Positions 45,878 to 55,475 of a DNA stretch of 64,000 bases are shown here, in pieces. Under the pieces are notes generated by a model, which searched no databases, had not been told where the DNA came from, and saw only the letters and a list, made by a program, of their open reading frames with translations. The first letter of the stretch is position 1. The number at the start of each line of letters is the position of its first letter. The stretch spans positions 2,353-66,352 of the forward strand of contig JBFIML010000018.1 in assembly GCA_041611735.1 (NCBI GenBank), in the 5' to 3' direction. This DNA comes from Myxococcota bacterium. GTDB lineage: Bacteria > Myxococcota_A > UBA9160 > PR03. The translations under genes were made by a program, and so were the position numbers.

Positions 45878-47050
45878 CTAGGACCGAAAGCCGTCCCGCC
45901 GCAGGGCCTCCGCCCGGTCCGTGCGCTCCCAGGGGAACCCCTGGTCCTCGCGGCCGAAGTGGCCGTGGTAGGAGGTGGCCCGGTAGATCGGCCGCAGCAG
46001 GTCCAGCTGCTCGATGATGCCCTTCGGGGTCAGGTCGAAGTGCTTGCGCACCAGGCGCCCCAGCCGCTCCTCGTCCACGCTGCCGCTACCGAACGTGTCG
46101 ACCCGGATCGAGACCGGCTCGGCCACCCCGATCGCGTAGGCCACCTGCACCTCGCAGCGCTGGGCGAGCCCCGCCGCCACCAGGTTCTTCGCCACCCAAC
46201 GCGCCGCGTAGGCGCCGCTCCGATCCACCTTGCTCGGGTCCTTGCCCGAGAACGCCCCGCCCCCGTGCCGGCCCATGCCGCCGTAGGTGTCCACGATGAT
46301 CTTGCGGCCGGTCAAGCCCGCGTCGCCCAACGGCCCCCCCGTCACGAAGCGTCCCGTGGGATTCACGTGGAAGACGCTGTCCGAATCCAGCCACTCCGTG
46401 GGCAGCGTCGGCCGGATGATCTTCGCGATCAGGTCCTTGCGGATCTGGTCGTGGGAGACGTCCGGCGCATGCTGGCTCGAGAGCACCACCGCCGCCACCC
46501 GCACCGGCCGATCGCCCGCGTACTCCACGGTGACCTGCGACTTGGCGTCCGGGCGCAGGTACTCGATCTCGCCAGATTCGAGCGCCGCCCGCTGGGCCTC
46601 GATCAGCCGGTGCGCCAGCCGGATCGGCGCCGGCATGAGCTCGCTCGTCTCGTCGCAGGCGTAGCCGAACATCATGCCCTGGTCGCCGGCGCCCTGCTCC
46701 TTGTGCAGGCCCGACCCCTCGTCGACGCCCTGGGCGATGTCGCCCGACTGTCCGCCCAGGGAGACCAGCACCCCGCAGGTGGCTGCGTCGAAGCCCGTGT
46801 CGGAACTCGTGTAGCCGATGTCGTGTACCACCTGGCGCACCACGCGCTCCACGCCGTCGAGACGGGCGCGGGTCGTCGCCTCGCCTGCCACCATCACGAA
46901 GCCCGTCTTGACCAGCGTCTCGCAGGCCACGCGCCCCCGGTGGTCCTGGCCGAGCACGTGATCCAGGATCGCGTCCGAAATCTGGTCGCACATCTTGTCC
47001 GGGTGGCCCATCGAGACCGACTCGGAGGTGAAGAGCGAGCGGGTCGCCAT
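45878..47050 (-). CDS. metK: S-adenosylmethionine synthetase
   Basis: Diagnostic segments are [42 protein letters not shown] and [16 protein letters not shown]. Confidence 0.97.
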   Translation of the reverse strand: MATRSLFTSESVSMGHPDKMCDQISDAILDHVLGQDHRGRVACETLVKTGFVMVAGEATTRARLDGVERVVRQVVHDIGYTSSDTGFDAATCGVLVSLGGQSGDIAQGVDEGSGLHKEQGAGDQGMMFGYACDETSELMPAPIRLAHRLIEAQRAALESGEIEYLRPDAKSQVTVEYAGDRPVRVAAVVLSSQHAPDVSHDQIRKDLIAKIIRPTLPTEWLDSDSVFHVNPTGRFVTGGPLGDAGLTGRKIIVDTYGGMGRHGGGAFSGKDPSKVDRSGAYAARWVAKNLVAAGLAQRCEVQVAYAIGVAEPVSIRVDTFGSGSVDEERLGRLVRKHFDLTPKGIIEQLDLLRPIYRATSYHGHFGREDQGFPWERTDRAEALRRDGFRS

Positions 47051-47104
47051 CGCGGTGTGTCTCCTTCGATCGCGGACGAAGGCCGGCGGAGTCTAGAAGA
47101 GCCC

Positions 47105-48877
47105 TCAGATCCCTTCAAACTCGTGGGGGAAGCGGCGCAGCATCTCCTTGCGGAGCCGGTCCCCCGTCTCGGCGGCAGTGGACAGGGTGAGCAGCTCGAG
47201 GGCGAGAGCCCGTGCCGCCTCCAGCCTCGTCGCGCGCAGAATGGACTTCACCCGCGGGATGGAGGGGGCGTTCATCGAGAGCTCGTCGAGGCCGAGCCCG
47301 ACCAGTACCAGGCTGTAGAGCGGATCGCCCGCCATCTCACCGCACAGCCCGACCGGCCGGCCCGCAGCATGCGCGCGCTCCACCACGTCGCGGACGGCGC
47401 GCAGCACGGCCGGGTGCAGCGGGTCGTAGAGATAGGCCAGCTCCTGGTTCTCGCGATCGACGGCGACCGTGTACTGGATCAGGTCGTTGGTCCCGATCGA
47501 GAAGTAGTCCACCTCGGGCGCCAGCAGATCCACCAGGGCGACGGCGGCGGGAGTCTCCACCACGAGGCCGACCTCCACCTCCGCCGCCATGGCCACTCCC
47601 TCCGCCTCGAGCTCCGTGCGGGCCGCCTCGAGGCTCTCGCGCGCCTGGCGCACCTCCTCCACGCCCGTCACGAGGGGCAGCAGGACGCGGAGCCGTCCGT
47701 GCCGGCTGGCACGCAGCATGGCGCGCAGCTGGGTGCGGTAGATCCCGCCCGCGTCGGCCCGGGCCAGCCGCACCCCGCGCAGGCCGAGGGCCGGATTGGT
47801 CTCCGGGCGGCCGCCTGCGGCCAGCGGCAGCTTGTCGCCGCCCAGGTCCACGGTTCGGATCGAAGCCGGACCCGGAGCCACGCTCTCGAGCACGGCCCGG
47901 TAGTGCCGCGTTTGCTCGGCTTCGTCGGGCAGCGCCGGGCGGTTCAGGTACAGGAACTCGGTGCGAAACAGCCCCACCCCGGCGGCGCCGTGCGACCGCA
48001 GCGCGCGGATCTCGTCGGGGCGCTCGATGTTGGCGAGCAGCGTCATCCGCCGGCCGTCCCGGGTCTCGGCCGGCAGGTCGGCGATGCGCAGCAGGTTGCG
48101 CTGCCTCTTGCCATCGGCGCGGGCCCGCTCCCGATAGGCGCACAGGGTCGCCTCGTCGGGCCGCGCGATGACACGTCCGGCCCGGCCATCCACGATCACG
48201 AGGTCGCCATCCTCGGTGCATTGCGTCACGTCGCCGAGGCCCACGACGGTGGGGATGCCGAGGGAGTTCGCCATGATCGCCGTGTGCGAGGTGCCCCCGC
48301 CGGCGTCGGTGGCAAGGCCCACCACCCGCGCGGAGTCCAGCTGCGCGGTCTCCGCGGGCGAGAGGTCCTGGGCCACCACCACCGTGGGCCCGCTGAGGCC
48401 CGCCAGGCCCTCGGGCTCGCGCCCCAGCAGACAGAGCAGCAGCTGCCGCACGGCGAAGTTCACGTCGGCGCGCCGCTCGCGCAGGTAGGCGCTCTCCATG
48501 GCGTCGAAGAGCGTGTTGAGCCGCCGCAGCTCCTGGCTCACTGCCCACTCGGCGTTGATGCATTCGTGGCGGATGCGCCGCACGGCGTCATCGAAGAGCT
48601 GGCGGTCCTCGAGGATCATGACCTGGGTGCGCAGGATGGTGTCCACCAGCTCGAGGCCCCCGGCGCGCTGCCGGACCTGCTCGAGCTGCGCCCGGGCCAT
48701 CCCCATGCCCTCGCGCAGGCGCTCCACCTCCGGCTCGATGGCGTCGGCGGCCACGGCATACTCGGGAAGGATCAGGCGCTCGCGCTGCAAGACGTAGGCC
48801 CGACCCACCCCGATGCCGGGCGAAGCGCCCACGCCGATGCGCAGGGCCGGTCCGCCGGGCTCCTCAGGGCCTGTCAT
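47105..48877 (-). CDS. ptsI: phosphoenolpyruvate-protein phosphotransferase (PTS enzyme I)
   Basis: Diagnostic segments are GASPGIGVGRAYV, GGGTSHTAIMANSLGIPTVVG (active-site His), FRTEFLY and SIGTNDLIQYT. Confidence 0.95.
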   Translation of the reverse strand: MTGPEEPGGPALRIGVGASPGIGVGRAYVLQRERLILPEYAVAADAIEPEVERLREGMGMARAQLEQVRQRAGGLELVDTILRTQVMILEDRQLFDDAVRRIRHECINAEWAVSQELRRLNTLFDAMESAYLRERRADVNFAVRQLLLCLLGREPEGLAGLSGPTVVVAQDLSPAETAQLDSARVVGLATDAGGGTSHTAIMANSLGIPTVVGLGDVTQCTEDGDLVIVDGRAGRVIARPDEATLCAYRERARADGKRQRNLLRIADLPAETRDGRRMTLLANIERPDEIRALRSHGAAGVGLFRTEFLYLNRPALPDEAEQTRHYRAVLESVAPGPASIRTVDLGGDKLPLAAGGRPETNPALGLRGVRLARADAGGIYRTQLRAMLRASRHGRLRVLLPLVTGVEEVRQARESLEAARTELEAEGVAMAAEVEVGLVVETPAAVALVDLLAPEVDYFSIGTNDLIQYTVAVDRENQELAYLYDPLHPAVLRAVRDVVERAHAAGRPVGLCGEMAGDPLYSLVLVGLGLDELSMNAPSIPRVKSILRATRLEAARALALELLTLSTAAETGDRLRKEMLRRFPHEFEGI

Positions 48878-49160
48878 GTTGGATCCCGTCCACCCGGTCC
48901 TCGAGCAGGCTCCCCAGCGCCTCCACGGCCTGGTCGGCGTCCTCCCCCACCGCCCGCACCCGCAACCGAGTTCCCGGCCCCGCGGCCAGCGAGAGCAGCG
49001 ACAGCACGCTGCGCCCGTTCACCCACTCCCCGTTGCGCGCCACCTGGATCTCGGCCTGGAAGCGCCCCGCCAGCGAGACGAAGCGCCCCGCCGGCCGGGC
49101 GTGCAGGCCCAGCTCGTGGCCCACTGTGAACTCCCGCTCGCACTCCCGGGCCGCACTCAC
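48864..49160 (-). CDS. ptsH: phosphocarrier protein HPr/NPr
   Basis: Diagnostic segments are GLHARPAGRFV (His15 site) and GRSVLSLLSLAAG (Ser46 region). The GTG start forms a GTGA overlap with the upstream stop. Confidence 0.9.
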   Translation of the reverse strand: MSAARECEREFTVGHELGLHARPAGRFVSLAGRFQAEIQVARNGEWVNGRSVLSLLSLAAGPGTRLRVRAVGEDADQAVEALGSLLEDRVDGIQHDRP

Positions 49161-49567
49161 CGCCGACCTTCCGGGAGCAGCTCGCTGGCCACCGAGATGT
49201 TGCGGCGGCCATACTCCTTGATGAAGGTGGCCAGCTCCTCGAGCGGCTTCGCGTCGCGCAGGGTGGCCAGCTTGATCAGCATGGGCAGATTGAGGCCCGT
49301 CACCACCTCGACGCGGCGCTCGCCGAGGAACGCCAGGCTCACGTTCGACGGAGTTCCGCCGAACATGTCGGTGAGAACCAGGACCCCCTCCCCGGTGTCC
49401 GCCTCGCGGAGCGCCTCGGCGATGGCGCTCCGCATCTCCTCCACGGTCTGCTTCGGCTCGATCGAGACCGCCCGGAACGGGGGCGCGTCGGGAACGATCA
49501 GCCGCAGGGCCTGGAGGAACTCCTCGCCCAGCCGGTAGTGGGTCACGATCACGACGCCGACGCTCAT
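49157..49567 (-). CDS. PTS EIIA component, mannose/fructose family
   Basis: The true ATG is at comp. 49565-49567 (MSVGVVIVTHYRLGEEF). LVLTDMFGGTPSN is also present. The product is 136 aa. The start forms an ATGA overlap with the rapZ stop. Confidence 0.85.
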   Translation of the reverse strand: MSVGVVIVTHYRLGEEFLQALRLIVPDAPPFRAVSIEPKQTVEEMRSAIAEALREADTGEGVLVLTDMFGGTPSNVSLAFLGERRVEVVTGLNLPMLIKLATLRDAKPLEELATFIKEYGRRNISVASELLPEGRR

Positions 49568-50433
49568 GAGCCCTTCTCCACGTCCCGGTGGCTGAGGTTC
49601 ACCTCGCGGCCCGCCTCGCGAATCGCGCCGGCCAGGACCTCGGCGATGGCGACCGAGCGATGTCGTCCCCCCGTGCAGCCGACGCCCAGGGTGAGGTAGG
49701 CCTTCCCTTCCGCGTCGTAGAGCGGCAAGAGGAAATCCAGCAGCCGGTGCAGGTGCCCCAGCAGCTCGCGTGTTCGCTCGTGCTCGAGCACGTAGCGCGC
49801 GACGTCGGGGTCGCGGCCCGTCCGCTCCCGGAGCGCCGCCTCGAAGTGTGGATTGGGCAGGAAGCGCACGTCGAAGAGCAGCTCCGCGGCGGCGGGCACC
49901 CCGAAGCGATATCCGAAGGAGATCACGTTCACCACCGTTGCGCGCTCCTCGCCGCTCACCAGCTGGATCACGTTCTCGCGCAGCTGGTGGACGTTCAGCC
50001 GCGACGTGTCCACCACGTGGTCGGCGAGCTTGGAAACCTCCTCGAGCAGCCGCCGCTCCCGCTCGATCCCCTCCTCCACGGTGCCCGTGGGCGCCAGGGG
50101 GTGGACGCGGCGGGTCTCCCGGTACCGGTTCACCAGCACCTCGTTCGAGCTGTCCAGGAACAGCACGTCCACGCGCGCGCCACCCGCGCGAAGCTTCTCC
50201 ACCACCGCCGCAAGGCCGGCCAGGAAGGCGGCCTCGCGCGCATCGATGGCCAGGGCGATGTTGCGGATCGGAGGCCTCGCCTTGGCGCACAGGTCCAGGA
50301 ACTGCTCGATGAGCTGCGCGGGCAGATTGTCCACGGAGTAGAAACCGCCGTCCTCGAGGGCGGCCATGGCGGTGCTGCGGCCGCTCCCCGACAGGCCGCT
50401 CACGAAGACCACGTGCGTGCCCGCGCCGATCAT
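49564..50433 (-). CDS. rapZ: RNase adapter protein RapZ (YhbJ P-loop ATPase)
   Basis: The true ATG is at comp. 50431-50433. Diagnostic segments are VVFVSGLSGSGRSTAMAALEDGGFYSVDNLP, FDVRFLPNPH and GCTGGRHRSVA. Confidence 0.92.
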   Translation of the reverse strand: MIGAGTHVVFVSGLSGSGRSTAMAALEDGGFYSVDNLPAQLIEQFLDLCAKARPPIRNIALAIDAREAAFLAGLAAVVEKLRAGGARVDVLFLDSSNEVLVNRYRETRRVHPLAPTGTVEEGIERERRLLEEVSKLADHVVDTSRLNVHQLRENVIQLVSGEERATVVNVISFGYRFGVPAAAELLFDVRFLPNPHFEAALRERTGRDPDVARYVLEHERTRELLGHLHRLLDFLLPLYDAEGKAYLTLGVGCTGGRHRSVAIAEVLAGAIREAGREVNLSHRDVEKGS

Positions 50434-50951
50434 CTCCGCTCCACCGCCTCGCGCAGGCGCTCCTCCAGACGTTCGACCGCGCTGCTGCCGCTGCGGCGCT
50501 GCAGGTGGTCGCGGACCGCCACCTCCACGACCGTGGCCAGGCTGCCCGCCGGCCGCGCCGGCAGCACCAGCACCGGCAGCGCGATGCCCGCCCACTGCTC
50601 GGTGGGGCGCTCGAGCCCGACGCGCTCGTAGGGCGTGCCCTCGCGCCACGGCTCGATCCGGCACACCACGTCGACCTCGCACTGGTCGCGCACCGAATCC
50701 GGACCGAACAGCTCGGGCAGGTAGACGATTCCGACGCCGCGGATCTCCACGTGGTGCCGGATCAGCTCCGGGGCCGCTCCTCGCAGGCAGCCGCCCTCGG
50801 TGGCCCGCAGGTCCACCACGTCGTCGGCCACCAGCCGGTGCCCGCGCTGGACGAGTTCGAGGGCGCATTCACTCTTGCCGATTCCGCTCGGTCCGATCAG
50901 CAGGACGCCCACCCCCAGCACCTCCACGAGGGCTCCGTGGGCCCGCACCAT
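50430..50951 (-). CDS. hprK: HPr kinase/phosphorylase, short (C-terminal kinase domain only)
   Basis: Diagnostic segments are HGALVEVLGVGVLLIGPSGIGKSECALELVQRGHRLVADD and EIRGVGIV. The product is 173 aa and lacks the N-terminal domain. Confidence 0.85.
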   Translation of the reverse strand: MVRAHGALVEVLGVGVLLIGPSGIGKSECALELVQRGHRLVADDVVDLRATEGGCLRGAAPELIRHHVEIRGVGIVYLPELFGPDSVRDQCEVDVVCRIEPWREGTPYERVGLERPTEQWAGIALPVLVLPARPAGSLATVVEVAVRDHLQRRSGSSAVERLEERLREAVERR

Positions 50952-50962
50952 CTCCCCCTCGC

Positions 50963-51424
50963 TCAGAACTTCGCGTCCTCCTCCTCGATGGCGCGGAAGA
51001 CGGTCTCACGGCTCTCGGCCTCCAGCAGGCTCTTGCGGAAGGCCGCATCCCGGAAGAAGCGCGAGATGCGCGCCAGGGCCTTCAGGTGCTGCCCCCCCGA
51101 GTCCTCCGGCACCACCAGCAGGAAGAAGAGGTGCGTGGGCTGTCCGTCGATCGACTCGAAATCCAAGCCCGCCCGGCTGCGGGCGAAGGAGGCGAGCAGA
51201 CGCGAAAGGCCCGGCATCTTGCCGTGCGGGATCGCCACACCCTCACCGATGCCGGTGCTCTGCAGGCCTTCCCGCTCCACCAGCACCTCCACCAGGCGCG
51301 TCGCGTCCAGGGTGGGCTCCGCCTCCGCGAGGCTCTTGGCCATCTCGCTCAGCAGATCCTGCTTCGTCCGCGACGCCAGATCGAGGATCACGGCGTCCTT
51401 GACGAGAATGTCCATGATCTTCAT
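50963..51424 (-). CDS. ptsN: PTS EIIA-Ntr
   Basis: Diagnostic segments are STGIGEGVAIPHGK and HLFFLLVVPE. The gene lies immediately downstream of rpoN. Confidence 0.9.
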   Translation of the reverse strand: MKIMDILVKDAVILDLASRTKQDLLSEMAKSLAEAEPTLDATRLVEVLVEREGLQSTGIGEGVAIPHGKMPGLSRLLASFARSRAGLDFESIDGQPTHLFFLLVVPEDSGGQHLKALARISRFFRDAAFRKSLLEAESRETVFRAIEEEDAKF

Positions 51425-51450
51425 GGAACCCCCCGCTCCCGCTTTGCAGC

Positions 51451-52905
51451 CTAGCCGACCCGCCGTCGCTTGGTCGAGGACAGGATGTTCATGGACTCGC
51501 GGTACTTGGTCACGGTCCGACGTGCGATGTCGATGTTCCCGGCGCGTAACATCTCCGCGATGCGCTGGTCCGAGAGAGGCCGTCGGGAGTCCTCGGCGCC
51601 CACGATGCGGCGGATCTTCTCCTTGACGCTCTCGCTGGCGATGGAATCTCCGTCCAACCGGCTGATGCTCGAGTTGAAGAAGTACTTGAGCTCGAAGATG
51701 CCCTGGGGGGTATTGGCGTACTTGTTGGTCGTCACGCGGCTCACCGTGGATTCGTGCATCCCGATGTCTTCGGCCACGTCGCGTAGATTCAACGGCCTCA
51801 AGAACTGCACGCCCCGCTCGAAGAAGTCACGCTGGTGCTTGATGATGCTCTCGGTCACCTTGTAGATCGTGCGTTGCCGCTGGTGGATCGACTTGATCAG
51901 CCACATGGCCGAGCGCACCTTGTCCTGCACGTAGTCGCGCGTATCCTTGGGAACCCCGGACCCCCGGGTCAGCACGTCCCGATACAGCTGATTGATGCGC
52001 AGCTTCGGCAGCCCGTCTTCGTTCAGGACGATGTAGAACTCCTCGCCCACGTTGTGGACGTAGATGTCCGGGGTGATGTAGACCGGCTCGTCGCCGCCGA
52101 AAGGTCGGCCCGGACGCGGCTCGAGAGCTCCGATCGCGCGCGCCGCCGCGGCCACGTCCTCGATCGCGACACCGAGCGTGCGCGAGATGCCCCGGAGGTC
52201 GCGGCGCTGGAGCTCGTCCAGGTGCTCCTCGATCAAACGGATCACCAACTTGTCGTCGATGCCGAGGACTCGGATCTGGAGCAGCAGACACTCGCGCAGG
52301 TCGCGCGCGCCCACGCCGGTCGGATCGAAGCCCTGCACCCGGGCCAGAGCCGCCTCGGCGGTGGCCGCATCGACACCCGTCTGCCGGGATACCTCCTCCA
52401 GCGAGGCGCGCAGGTAGCCGTGCTCGTCCACGTTGCCGATGATCCAACGCGCGGCCTCCGCCTCCTGGGGGCCGCAGACGCTCAGCTGCAGCTGCCACTC
52501 CAGGTGCTCCGCCAGGGTGGGGCGACGGGTCAGGGTGGCCTCGAGGGAGCGCCGCTCGTCTTCCTCCCGCTGGCCGCCGCCGCTCGGGGTGGGAGAGTAG
52601 TCGTCGGCGTAGTTCTGCCAGTCGATCGAGTCGAGCTTCTCCGCCTGGGTCGGCTCGCGCTCCTCTCCGTCGGGAGCCTTGGCCGGCTCCGGCGCGCTGG
52701 CCTCTGCCTCGTCCGCCGCCTCCCGGGGCGTCTCCTCGTCGGCGTCGGCCCCCTCCTCGAGGACCGGATTCTCCTGCAGCTCCTGCTGCACGACGTCCGC
52801 CAGCTCCAGGCGGGAGAGCTGCAGGAGCTTGATCGCCTGCTGCAGCTGGGGGGTCATCACCAGCTGTTGACTCAGACGGAGCTGCTGTTTGATCTCGATC
52901 GCCAT
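51451..52905 (-). CDS. rpoN: RNA polymerase sigma-54 factor
   Basis: The N-terminus is LRLSQQLVMTPQLQQAIKLLQLS. An HTH region (LRDVAEDIGMHESTVSR) and the RpoN box (ARRTVTKYR) are present. Confidence 0.97.
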   Translation of the reverse strand: MAIEIKQQLRLSQQLVMTPQLQQAIKLLQLSRLELADVVQQELQENPVLEEGADADEETPREAADEAEASAPEPAKAPDGEEREPTQAEKLDSIDWQNYADDYSPTPSGGGQREEDERRSLEATLTRRPTLAEHLEWQLQLSVCGPQEAEAARWIIGNVDEHGYLRASLEEVSRQTGVDAATAEAALARVQGFDPTGVGARDLRECLLLQIRVLGIDDKLVIRLIEEHLDELQRRDLRGISRTLGVAIEDVAAAARAIGALEPRPGRPFGGDEPVYITPDIYVHNVGEEFYIVLNEDGLPKLRINQLYRDVLTRGSGVPKDTRDYVQDKVRSAMWLIKSIHQRQRTIYKVTESIIKHQRDFFERGVQFLRPLNLRDVAEDIGMHESTVSRVTTNKYANTPQGIFELKYFFNSSISRLDGDSIASESVKEKIRRIVGAEDSRRPLSDQRIAEMLRAGNIDIARRTVTKYRESMNILSSTKRRRVG

Positions 52906-52907
52906 GG

Positions 52908-53639
52908 TCAGCTCAGCCGGAAGTTCTCTCCGAGATAGATGGCCCGCACGTCCGGGTCCGCCGCGATCTCCTGCGGCGAGCCCTCCCGCACGATGGAGCC
53001 GTCCTTGATGATGTAGGCCCGGTCGCAGATCGACAAGGTCTCACGCACGTTGTGATCGGTGATCACGATGCCGATGCCCCGGATGCGGAGCTGTTCGATG
53101 ATCTTCTGGATGTCGATCACCGCGATCGGGTCGATGCCGGAGAAGGGCTCGTCCAGCAGCATGTACTTCGGGTCGAGGACGAGGGCTCGGGTGATCTCCA
53201 CGCGGCGCCGCTCGCCGCCCGAGAGGGAGTCTCCCCGCAGCCGCGCCTTGGCGGACAGGCCGAGGTCGGCCAGCAGCTCCACCAGCCGGTCGCGCCGGAT
53301 CGCCTCGTTGGGCTCCACGGTCTCCAGGATCGCGTTCACGTTGTCCGCCACCGAGAGCTTGCGGAACACCGAGGGCTCCTGGGGCAGGTAGGTGATCCCG
53401 AGCCGCGCACGGCGGTACATGGGCAGGTCGGTGATCTCGCGCTCGCCGAGCCAGACGCGCCCGGCCGTGGGCCGCAGCCCGCCCACGATCAGACCGAAGG
53501 TGGTGGTCTTGCCGGCGCCGTTGGGCCCGAGCAGGCCGACCACCTCACCGGGCTCGATGCGGAGGTCGACGCCGCACAGCACCTCGCGCTCGCGGTAGCG
53601 CTTGCGCAGGTCGGCGGCGGTGAGGGCCGCCCCCGTCAC
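52908..53639 (-). CDS. lptB: LPS export ABC transporter ATP-binding protein
   Basis: GTG at comp. 53637-53639 forms a GTGA overlap with the lptA stop. Diagnostic segments are [22 protein letters not shown] and [12 protein letters not shown]. The product is 243 aa. Confidence 0.95.
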   Translation of the reverse strand: MTGAALTAADLRKRYREREVLCGVDLRIEPGEVVGLLGPNGAGKTTTFGLIVGGLRPTAGRVWLGEREITDLPMYRRARLGITYLPQEPSVFRKLSVADNVNAILETVEPNEAIRRDRLVELLADLGLSAKARLRGDSLSGGERRRVEITRALVLDPKYMLLDEPFSGIDPIAVIDIQKIIEQLRIRGIGIVITDHNVRETLSICDRAYIIKDGSIVREGSPQEIAADPDVRAIYLGENFRLS

Positions 53640-54631
53640 GGCGCACTCCCGGGAGCCTGAGCCCCCTGCGGCCGCACGTTCACCACGGCGCCGCCGCTCA
53701 CCCGGACCCGCCCGCTGTCCAGGAAGATCTCGATCTGGCCACCCTGCACCCGATCGCCGCGCTGGCGCAGCTCCGCGTCTCCCTCGCAGAGCACGCGCTG
53801 CTCGCTGCGGAAGTAGGTGGCCTCCCGGCACAGCATGCTGCGCTCGAGCTCCGCCTGGGCGACGCGCACGCGGCCGGTGGCCACCAGCAGATCGGGCTCG
53901 CTCGAGCCGGGCGGATAGAGCGCCTCCAGGCGGTCCGCCTCGAGGGTCACGTCGTCCTGGGCGACGCGCACGTTGCGCCGGAAGAGCAGGCGGCGGCCGC
54001 CGCCCTCCTCGAACGCCTCGAGCTCGTCGGCACGGATCGAGATGGGCACGTCCTTGCGCAGCGGGATTCCGGGTGGCTCCGCCTGCCCGGCGGGCTCTGC
54101 GGGCTCCGCCCCTGCCGGGGGGCCGGTGCCCACTGCAGCCGCCGCGCCGACTCGGGCGGCGATCCGGACGGCCAGGCGGTCCACCGCGTCTGCCAGGGCG
54201 CTCGCGTCCCGGGCCTCCTCGACGTAGGTGCCCAGGGCCTCGCCCGTCCCGGCGGAGCGCAGACGCACGTCGAGGCTGGTGCGGCGTCCCAGGCGGGTGA
54301 TGCGGCCCGTCACCACGGAGGCGACCCGGGCCTGGCTGCCCCAGCCGCGCAGCTCCTCCGGGGAGGGCGTCGCCTGGGCCGGGGCCCCGAGCTCCGCGGG
54401 GCCCACCACGCGGGCAAGTCCTCGTGCAGAGAGCCGCTCCGCCAGCAGCGACGCCACGTCCGGCAACTGAACCCCCGCAGGGGCGACCCGCTCGAAGGGA
54501 GCCACCCCGACCCCCGCCTCCTCCGGCGTCTTCGGCGAAACCGGCGCCGCGCTCAACGTCCCGAGCGCCAGGGCCGCCGCCAGCCGCAGGGCGCGGCGCC
54601 CCCGGGCCGGGTGGGCGTGGATTGCCCTCAC
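53636..54631 (-). CDS. lptA: LptA/OstA-like periplasmic protein with an extra ~150-aa N-terminal domain
   Basis: GTG at comp. 54629-54631 forms a GTGA overlap with the lptC stop. The signal peptide is (M)[30 protein letters not shown]. The C-terminal OstA-like region is [15 protein letters not shown]...[15 protein letters not shown]...ATGRVRVAQ. The N-terminal half is not LptA-like. Confidence 0.8.
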   Translation of the reverse strand: MRAIHAHPARGRRALRLAAALALGTLSAAPVSPKTPEEAGVGVAPFERVAPAGVQLPDVASLLAERLSARGLARVVGPAELGAPAQATPSPEELRGWGSQARVASVVTGRITRLGRRTSLDVRLRSAGTGEALGTYVEEARDASALADAVDRLAVRIAARVGAAAAVGTGPPAGAEPAEPAGQAEPPGIPLRKDVPISIRADELEAFEEGGGRRLLFRRNVRVAQDDVTLEADRLEALYPPGSSEPDLLVATGRVRVAQAELERSMLCREATYFRSEQRVLCEGDAELRQRGDRVQGGQIEIFLDSGRVRVSGGAVVNVRPQGAQAPGSAP

Positions 54632-55170
54632 GGCGCCTGCACGACCGACGCACCGCCGAGCAGGCGCAGCGTGCCGTCGCGCACGTGGTAGCGGAGCCCT
54701 CCGCCCCGCAGCGTCCGCCCTCCCTCCCGGATCAGCACCGGAGCGTCCGTGAACGCAAGGCCCCGCGAATGGTCGTAACGGACCCAGGAGCTGGCGAAGC
54801 GGCGCCCGTCGCTGGCACGCCCGCGGACGTCGCCGGTGGCCACGAAGTCCTGGGTGGCCAGATCGAACTCGCCGCGCTGGCAGCGCAGCTCGAGGCCGGG
54901 CCGCCCGTCCTCGCTCATCACCACGGCGCGCACGTCCTCCAGGTCCACGACGTCCGCCTCCGGATTCAGGCGCGCGCGCGCCGCCTGGAGCAGGACCTCC
55001 GTGCGGCCGGCGCGGCTGGCCACGAAGGTCATGCGCTCGAGCCGCAGCGCGGAGTCCGCCTCGGCCACGGCCGCCCGGGCAGCGCTCGCGGCGGCCGGAA
55101 GGATCAGCCCGAGCAGGACCGCTGCGAACGCGGTCTCGAGGGGTCGTCGAGGGCGGGCGCGCGCGGGCAT
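54628..55170 (-). CDS. lptC: LPS export system protein LptC
   Basis: The assignment rests on an N-terminal TM anchor ([14 protein letters not shown]), a beta-jellyroll-like sequence, and position upstream of lptA-lptB. Confidence 0.8.
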   Translation of the reverse strand: MPARARPRRPLETAFAAVLLGLILPAAASAARAAVAEADSALRLERMTFVASRAGRTEVLLQAARARLNPEADVVDLEDVRAVVMSEDGRPGLELRCQRGEFDLATQDFVATGDVRGRASDGRRFASSWVRYDHSRGLAFTDAPVLIREGGRTLRGGGLRYHVRDGTLRLLGGASVVQAP

Positions 55171-55176
55171 GCAAAT

Positions 55177-55205
55177 ATCATACCGGTCGGAATCCGGGGT
55201 AACAA
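55177..55205 (-). promoter_or_regulatory. sigma-70-like promoter abutting the lptC ATG (leaderless or near-leaderless transcript)
   Basis: On the minus strand the element reads TTGTTA-N17-TATGAT, followed by atttgc and then the lptC ATG. It is an AT-rich patch with no SD before the ATG. Confidence 0.4.
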
Positions 55206-55233
55206 GCAGAGTTCGCGGCTGGAGCGCGGTTTT

Positions 55234-55464
55234 TCAGCAGCAGCCGTCGTGGCCGAACAGGGTCCGGGCGGGCTCGTGGTGGACGAACCAGTGGGCCGGG
55301 CGGAACAGCAGCGTGTCCACGATCACCCCGATCGGGTGCAGCAGGTAGGCCGCCACCCGCAGCGGATGTCCGGACCGGCAGGGGTCGTGGTCATCGGCCT
55401 GGGCGAGACCGGGTGCGCCAGCCAGCGCCAGGGCGAAGAGAAGGGTCGCTGCGAGCCTGCTCAT
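55234..55464 (-). CDS. small exported His/Cys-rich protein (76 aa)
   Basis: The signal peptide is MSRLAATLLFALALAGAPGLAQA. The mature ~53 aa contain 7 His and 3 Cys and end in GCC. GGGGGA lies upstream of the ATG. Confidence 0.6.
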   Translation of the reverse strand: MSRLAATLLFALALAGAPGLAQADDHDPCRSGHPLRVAAYLLHPIGVIVDTLLFRPAHWFVHHEPARTLFGHDGCC

Positions 55465-55475
55465 GGGTATTCCCC

